Positions 59,370-64,000 of a stretch of 64,000 nucleotides of DNA are shown one piece after another. Under the pieces are notes generated by a model. That model worked only from the letters and a program-made list of their open reading frames with translations. It searched no databases and was not told the origin of the DNA. The number at the start of each line of letters is the position of its first letter. Position 1 is the stretch's first letter. Position numbers and translations under genes: made by a program. The stretch comes from a virus. The stretch lies in IMG/VR virus record IMGVR_UViG_3300005077_001244, one strand, 5' to 3'.

Positions 59370-61150
59370 TAAGTTCTCCTCGGCTTACCACCATTATAAT
59401 GCAATCTCATCTCACCAATATTCATCTTATAAGGTTTCCACATTATATCTCTCACAAAACCTGTGGAATATTCATTGTCAGTAGTTCCATTATAACCACC
59501 AAATATAAAACCTGCATTAGGATTAAATCTTGCATTAGCAACAGAAGTAATAAAAACACCATTCTTATATAAAGAAGATATATTTTTAATCCCATCAAAT
59601 ACAATAGTCCAAAAATTCCATACATTTCTCCAGTCTGGTATTGTAACAATTGATTCAAGGTTATTTACAGTAAAACTTATATTATTTATACCTGAAGCAT
59701 CCTGTCCAAGAGTATAAATGTTGACACCTCTTGCAGGACTATTTATACTATTACCAATCCACCTTCTATAACCTACACCAACACTTGTATCCTTCCACCA
59801 AAACGCTACAGTATTCCCATCAAGTGAAGATAAGTTCCCTATGTTTATTGCAGAATACAAATGCCCCTTATCTTCTTCAACTAACTTATAACACTTAACA
59901 CCATCTTCTATCTGATTTATTAAAACACCGACCACATTCCTTCTCAATAAATTCAAATTGGATGGTACTTCAGGAGATATTCTACCATAGTATCCTATTT
60001 GTTGCATAGACTGAGAATAGTCTGTTTCCTCACAAGGCCATCTATAATAATCAAGATGTTGATTCAAACAAGATTGAAAGGAAGACCACTGGTTCCCTTT
60101 ACCCCTATTCCAAAGAATGTTTAATTCTTCATCACTTATTGCTCTATCATAAAATCTAAAACTATCTATTATAAGTCTAGATAAAGGTTCTAACCCATCA
60201 TCTCTTGCCCCAAGAGCAATAACAGTAGAAGCTGATGGAAAGGAAAAAGTTAAACCAGATATTGTAATACTTTCTTCATACACTACATTAAAGGAATCTT
60301 GAAATCGTAACATTAACGTAGTCCCATCATACCTTGCAAAAACATATTTAGATACTGATGAATTTCCTACAAAAGCAGTTGTAATAGGTATTTCTACTAC
60401 ATTTCCATTAGCTGTCAATCTTAATGAATTAGTAGAAGTACGTTCAATATGAATATTATCAGAGGCTGCTCCAATTTCAAATAAATACATGTTAGGCGTT
60501 ATACCAGCAGGAAAAGGCTGACCTGAAGTATTAGTTCTAACCATAAATAAAATTGACCATTGATTTAAAGAAATATTATCATAAAGAGTACCTCTCAAGT
60601 GATCTCCTGTTAAATGATTAGTTCCATCAAACTGAACCCCTCTATAACCTTCCATAACTAAAGCTGTATTTGAAGTTATGCCTGCTCTTTTAAACCAAGT
60701 AGATGATGGAACTGAAGCAGTAGGAGTTACCGCTGTATTAGCAGTTGTATAAGTTGTAGATACTCTAAATGAATCAGGATTAGAAGCTAATATTACATAA
60801 TAAATAGTATTAGCCGTAAACCCACCTCCAGTAGCTAATGGAGTAACCATTTCCCCAACTGTTAATCCATGAGCAACACAGGCAATATCTTGAACACCTG
60901 AAGTAATTACACAAGTTGGAAGTGTTATCCTTGAACGTATAAACGACTTCATATTAAGAAATCTTGTACCTGCATTTGAATAAACATATTCATTATTTGT
61001 TACAACATTATTATTTACAAGTGTATAGTTATCATCTAATTTTAACCACCACATTGGTTTTAAATCATCTATAAGATACCAAGTGTTATCAACTAAATTA
61101 TATTGAAAAGCCTTACCAGCTCTAAATTTTATTTCTCCATTTACAGCCAT
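59369..61150 (-). CDS. LamG/ConA-like lectin-domain virion protein
   Basis: two LamG-like units (IIDSFRFYDRAISDEEL; FVRDIMW...HYNGG) plus an HG-beta insert. Confidence 0.75.
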   Translation of the reverse strand: MAVNGEIKFRAGKAFQYNLVDNTWYLIDDLKPMWWLKLDDNYTLVNNNVVTNNEYVYSNAGTRFLNMKSFIRSRITLPTCVITSGVQDIACVAHGLTVGEMVTPLATGGGFTANTIYYVILASNPDSFRVSTTYTTANTAVTPTASVPSSTWFKRAGITSNTALVMEGYRGVQFDGTNHLTGDHLRGTLYDNISLNQWSILFMVRTNTSGQPFPAGITPNMYLFEIGAASDNIHIERTSTNSLRLTANGNVVEIPITTAFVGNSSVSKYVFARYDGTTLMLRFQDSFNVVYEESITISGLTFSFPSASTVIALGARDDGLEPLSRLIIDSFRFYDRAISDEELNILWNRGKGNQWSSFQSCLNQHLDYYRWPCEETDYSQSMQQIGYYGRISPEVPSNLNLLRRNVVGVLINQIEDGVKCYKLVEEDKGHLYSAINIGNLSSLDGNTVAFWWKDTSVGVGYRRWIGNSINSPARGVNIYTLGQDASGINNISFTVNNLESIVTIPDWRNVWNFWTIVFDGIKNISSLYKNGVFITSVANARFNPNAGFIFGGYNGTTDNEYSTGFVRDIMWKPYKMNIGEMRLHYNGGKPRRT

Positions 61151-63226
61151 TTACATAGCCTCCCACGAAGTCCCAGAAAAAAAGAACATAGAAGATAAAT
61201 CTGTATCAAATACCTGTTGTCCTGCTGATGGCGATAATGCTAATCTTTGAGCAGTTGTATAAGAAGGTATTAATCCTGGAGTTCCACCTACAATTTCTTC
61301 CCAACTTGTCCCATTATGAATAAAATATTTTTTAAGGTCAGTATCCCATATAGTAATTCCCTCAACAGCAGGAGAAGCTAATCTTTCGGCTGTAGTAGCA
61401 TTTGATCTTAAAAAACTGATGTTAGTTATATTAGATGAACCAAAAGCAATGTTTAGCCCAGTAATACCTGCACCAAATTTACAAGTATCTACTTCAGCCC
61501 CAATAATATTATTATTAAATCTTTGTTCAATAATACATCCATCTATATCATAGAAATGATTAGAAAATACTGATACTCCTATAGTATTATTTAAACAATA
61601 TTTAGGAAAACTATTATTAGTAAAATCTAATCCTATACTACATTGTCTACATATTCCCATTCTTGAACTATTTCCACCATCAAATTTAACCTTTTGTGTT
61701 TGAATAAAAATACAAAATAAGGCTTTGTTTATGATACTATCTTGAGCATCATCATGATACGTAGAACTATTACCTAATATTTCTGAATTATCTGAACGAG
61801 CTATTAAACATCCATAAGCTGAGTTAATTTTTGATTCTCTAATATTATATATGGTGGTATTGCCATAACCCCCAAATTCACTCTCAGTAAAAGTTGTAGG
61901 TTGATAAAATACATTGCCGTCTATACCATCTTCTACAGTAACTACTCTCGGTTCATTTATTTTAACATTTTTACAGGTATTCTCCATCTGAAATTCACCT
62001 TCAGATAATTGGGTTCCATCAGGATTACACAATCTAAAACAATATATTACATCCGCAGGATCTACTGGTAATTCATATCCACCTAAAGAATGAATATTAT
62101 CTTCCCTATATGCAATATACTTGTAGGAATCTGTATATCCAGATAATGCAACTCTTATCCAAAAGAAAGTCCCTCCAGTTAATCCTGGTTGTTGGTTTAA
62201 ACATCCATCTATTAGGCAAGCATATAAAGCATTGCCTTGTCTTACTAAAGTATCTTTACTATAAGTAGTTGAGTTATTCCATAAAGGTACTGAATTATGA
62301 TCTATACCATATCTTGCAGCAATTACAGCTCTATAATCACATATATCATAAAATTTCTTTTTAAGATTTCTTCTATTTTTTAAATATCCATTTCTATATC
62401 TTATCCCATAAGGTACATACTCTTCTTGAAATAAAGAAGCTGATAAGGAATTTAGATTTATAGGAGAAATAATAGTGAATGTAGAAATATCTATACCATT
62501 AATTACAGTATAATCTACTCCATAATTCTCAGAATTAAAAATATAAGAATTTGTACCATCATTCACAAGTAAATTAAAATTACCTTTATCAACACCAATT
62601 CTTTTATTAGTAGAAAACGAATTAGAACTTAATCTTGTTACTAAAATATTTCCATGATTGCCACTGCTTGCGTTCCAATCTATAGAACCATTTCCTGATT
62701 CATCATAAACATAATCGTCATTAAAATCATAATCTGCTTCTTCATAAGGATGATCTATAGATATTGCAGTCACATCAAATGTGGATGTAGTTATTGCCTG
62801 CAATAATATGCTTTCCGTAGGAATAGTTGCCACATTAACATTGTAAGTTACTACTGAAGTTTCTAAAAGTTTATGTATTGTTTGATAATTATTTATAATA
62901 TAATATGATAAGGGCACTAAACTATTTGAATCAACTAATAATTTTAATTCTGCATAAGTACCTGACCATACAGTGGAAGATCCTCCACCGCCATAATAAT
63001 TATATAATCCTGCAACTCCTACCCATCTTGTATCACCACCATACGGAGTTGCAAGAACTTTTGTATTATCTATAATTGCCCCTGAAGAAGCATGGAAATG
63101 GTATAAAGTTCTAAGACTATCTACATAAACAAGGGCATTATCAAACACTCCAGTTAAAGAAAATAAATCTGTTATATTATTTACTCTATTTATATTTCCG
63201 TCTTTAGGGATATATTTTTTGGTCAT
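61151..63226 (-). CDS. tailspike/receptor-binding protein
   Basis: tailspike-like N-terminus, WNNSTTY..D.LV carbohydrate-binding-like motif, beta-helix region, duplicated C-terminal TTAxRLA...DTDL...GTSWE. Confidence 0.7.
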   Translation of the reverse strand: MTKKYIPKDGNINRVNNITDLFSLTGVFDNALVYVDSLRTLYHFHASSGAIIDNTKVLATPYGGDTRWVGVAGLYNYYGGGGSSTVWSGTYAELKLLVDSNSLVPLSYYIINNYQTIHKLLETSVVTYNVNVATIPTESILLQAITTSTFDVTAISIDHPYEEADYDFNDDYVYDESGNGSIDWNASSGNHGNILVTRLSSNSFSTNKRIGVDKGNFNLLVNDGTNSYIFNSENYGVDYTVINGIDISTFTIISPINLNSLSASLFQEEYVPYGIRYRNGYLKNRRNLKKKFYDICDYRAVIAARYGIDHNSVPLWNNSTTYSKDTLVRQGNALYACLIDGCLNQQPGLTGGTFFWIRVALSGYTDSYKYIAYREDNIHSLGGYELPVDPADVIYCFRLCNPDGTQLSEGEFQMENTCKNVKINEPRVVTVEDGIDGNVFYQPTTFTESEFGGYGNTTIYNIRESKINSAYGCLIARSDNSEILGNSSTYHDDAQDSIINKALFCIFIQTQKVKFDGGNSSRMGICRQCSIGLDFTNNSFPKYCLNNTIGVSVFSNHFYDIDGCIIEQRFNNNIIGAEVDTCKFGAGITGLNIAFGSSNITNISFLRSNATTAERLASPAVEGITIWDTDLKKYFIHNGTSWEEIVGGTPGLIPSYTTAQRLALSPSAGQQVFDTDLSSMFFFSGTSWEAM

Positions 63227-63255
63227 TAGACCTACCTCTTATTTTTAAATGATTA

Positions 63256-63339
63256 GGGAGTGATTAAAAAGCCTCCCTGTCCATTGTGGGATGATAAAAA
63301 ATCTCCCATATATTATTGTGGAGTAATTAAAAAGCCTCC
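63256..63339. repeat. three GGAG...CTCC hairpin units with a 32-bp period
   Basis: units start at 63256, 63288 and 63320. Confidence 0.85.
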
Positions 63340-63347
63340 ATAATTGC

Positions 63348-63998
63348 TTATTTACCATTCCTAATATTTCTATTAGGCATTATTTTTAAACTTGCTCCAG
63401 CCGATTTAAACAATATATTAAATTGTTCTGTAAATGGAGAACATAATCCTGTTGTTGGTTCATATAAAAAGAATCTAAATTCTAATTTATCATTGGCTCC
63501 TGCTAAATCTAACAACATATTAGAAGTATTAAATGGAATATGTATTTTCCTAATTCTAAATATTTTATTACTATTATATTCCAAACTAGCTTCATAATTT
63601 ACATCTAATTTATAGATTTTTAGTCTATTATGCTTTTGAGTAAATATAACACCTAATTGCCATGCAGTTCCTCCAGTAATATATTCTGGCACAAATGGAA
63701 TAATAAATTGATCCACCCCAATTGGTTTTACCATGAAATAATGGTATCTTGGGTTAAGTAGATTATCAACCAAATGATATACTCTTACACAAGAATAATT
63801 AAACCAATAATCACCCATTTTAGGATTTTCACCATAACTTATAAAACTACTTGTAATAGGGTTTTGTTCTCCTATTACTATAGAATTAAGATAATATAAT
63901 TTATTATTTATTGTCGGTAATATATTTTCAAATAAATAATAATCATCATCAACTGAGTCATAAAATCTTTTACCTGTAGGATTATATAAATATGATGC
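63348..63998 (-). CDS. 3' part of a gene entering from beyond the window
   Basis: the frame of ORF 63348..63818 stays open for 60 more codons to the edge, so the listed ATG is probably internal. Confidence 0.75.
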   Translation of the reverse strand, partial: ASYLYNPTGKRFYDSVDDDYYLFENILPTINNKLYYLNSIVIGEQNPITSSFISYGENPKMGDYWFNYSCVRVYHLVDNLLNPRYHYFMVKPIGVDQFIIPFVPEYITGGTAWQLGVIFTQKHNRLKIYKLDVNYEASLEYNSNKIFRIRKIHIPFNTSNMLLDLAGANDKLEFRFFLYEPTTGLCSPFTEQFNILFKSAGASLKIMPNRNIRNGK

Positions 63999-64000
63999 GG

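Noticed and set aside
1098-59658. Plus-strand ORFs in the track other than 56855..57331, and nested minus-strand ORFs 15405..15647 and 59452..59658
   Set aside because: Shadow ORFs antisense to or inside well-supported genes, with low-complexity or mirror composition (e.g. the poly-Ser ORF opposite the SSB acidic tail)
63256-63339. CRISPR mini-array
   Set aside because: Repeats are degenerate 20-22-mers with only 10-12-nt gaps; the Cas4-like gene is a typical phage exonuclease and there are no other cas genes
1-64000. Alternative genetic code (TAG/TGA recoding)
   Set aside because: Long genes are intact and tile densely under code 11; TAA, TGA and TAG all act as stops at sensible ends
1-64000. 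tRNA, rRNA or group I intron
   Set aside because: No cloverleaf or intron core recognised; intergenic gaps are short and accounted for

Overview
64-kb segment of a very AT-rich large (probably jumbo) myovirus-type phage genome in the standard genetic code. Every credible gene but one is on the minus strand. About 1-20.7 kb is a replication, recombination and accessory module: DnaE-type polymerase, RecA/UvsX, UvsW-like helicase, gp32-like SSB, Cas4/RecB-like nuclease, dUTPase, DNA methyltransferase, MoxR AAA+ with a VWA partner, STAS anti-anti-sigma factor and riboflavin kinase. About 20.9-64 kb holds an amidase, tail fibre and collar genes, the baseplate, the tape measure protein, a class-3 lipase and receptor-binding proteins. 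The highlight is two 'fractured genes', each broken inside an intein with a free-standing endonuclease gene in the break. (1) dnaE = PHP-domain gene + 101-aa IntN, then a GIY-YIG nuclease, then 42-aa IntC + a short dnaE piece. The catalytic remainder of DnaE is absent from the window. (2) recA/uvsX is broken inside its Walker A motif by an atypically split intein (23-aa IntN, 135-aa IntC) around a Zn-ribbon PD-(D/E)xK nuclease. Both nuclease/IntC junctions have the same 13-nt overlap containing TTATGCAA. Non-coding structure includes a recurrent TATATAATA promoter-like motif, several terminators, long AT palindromes, a palindrome-rich origin-like gap and a three-hairpin array with a 32-bp period. 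All family assignments come from motif recognition by eye; no searches were run.
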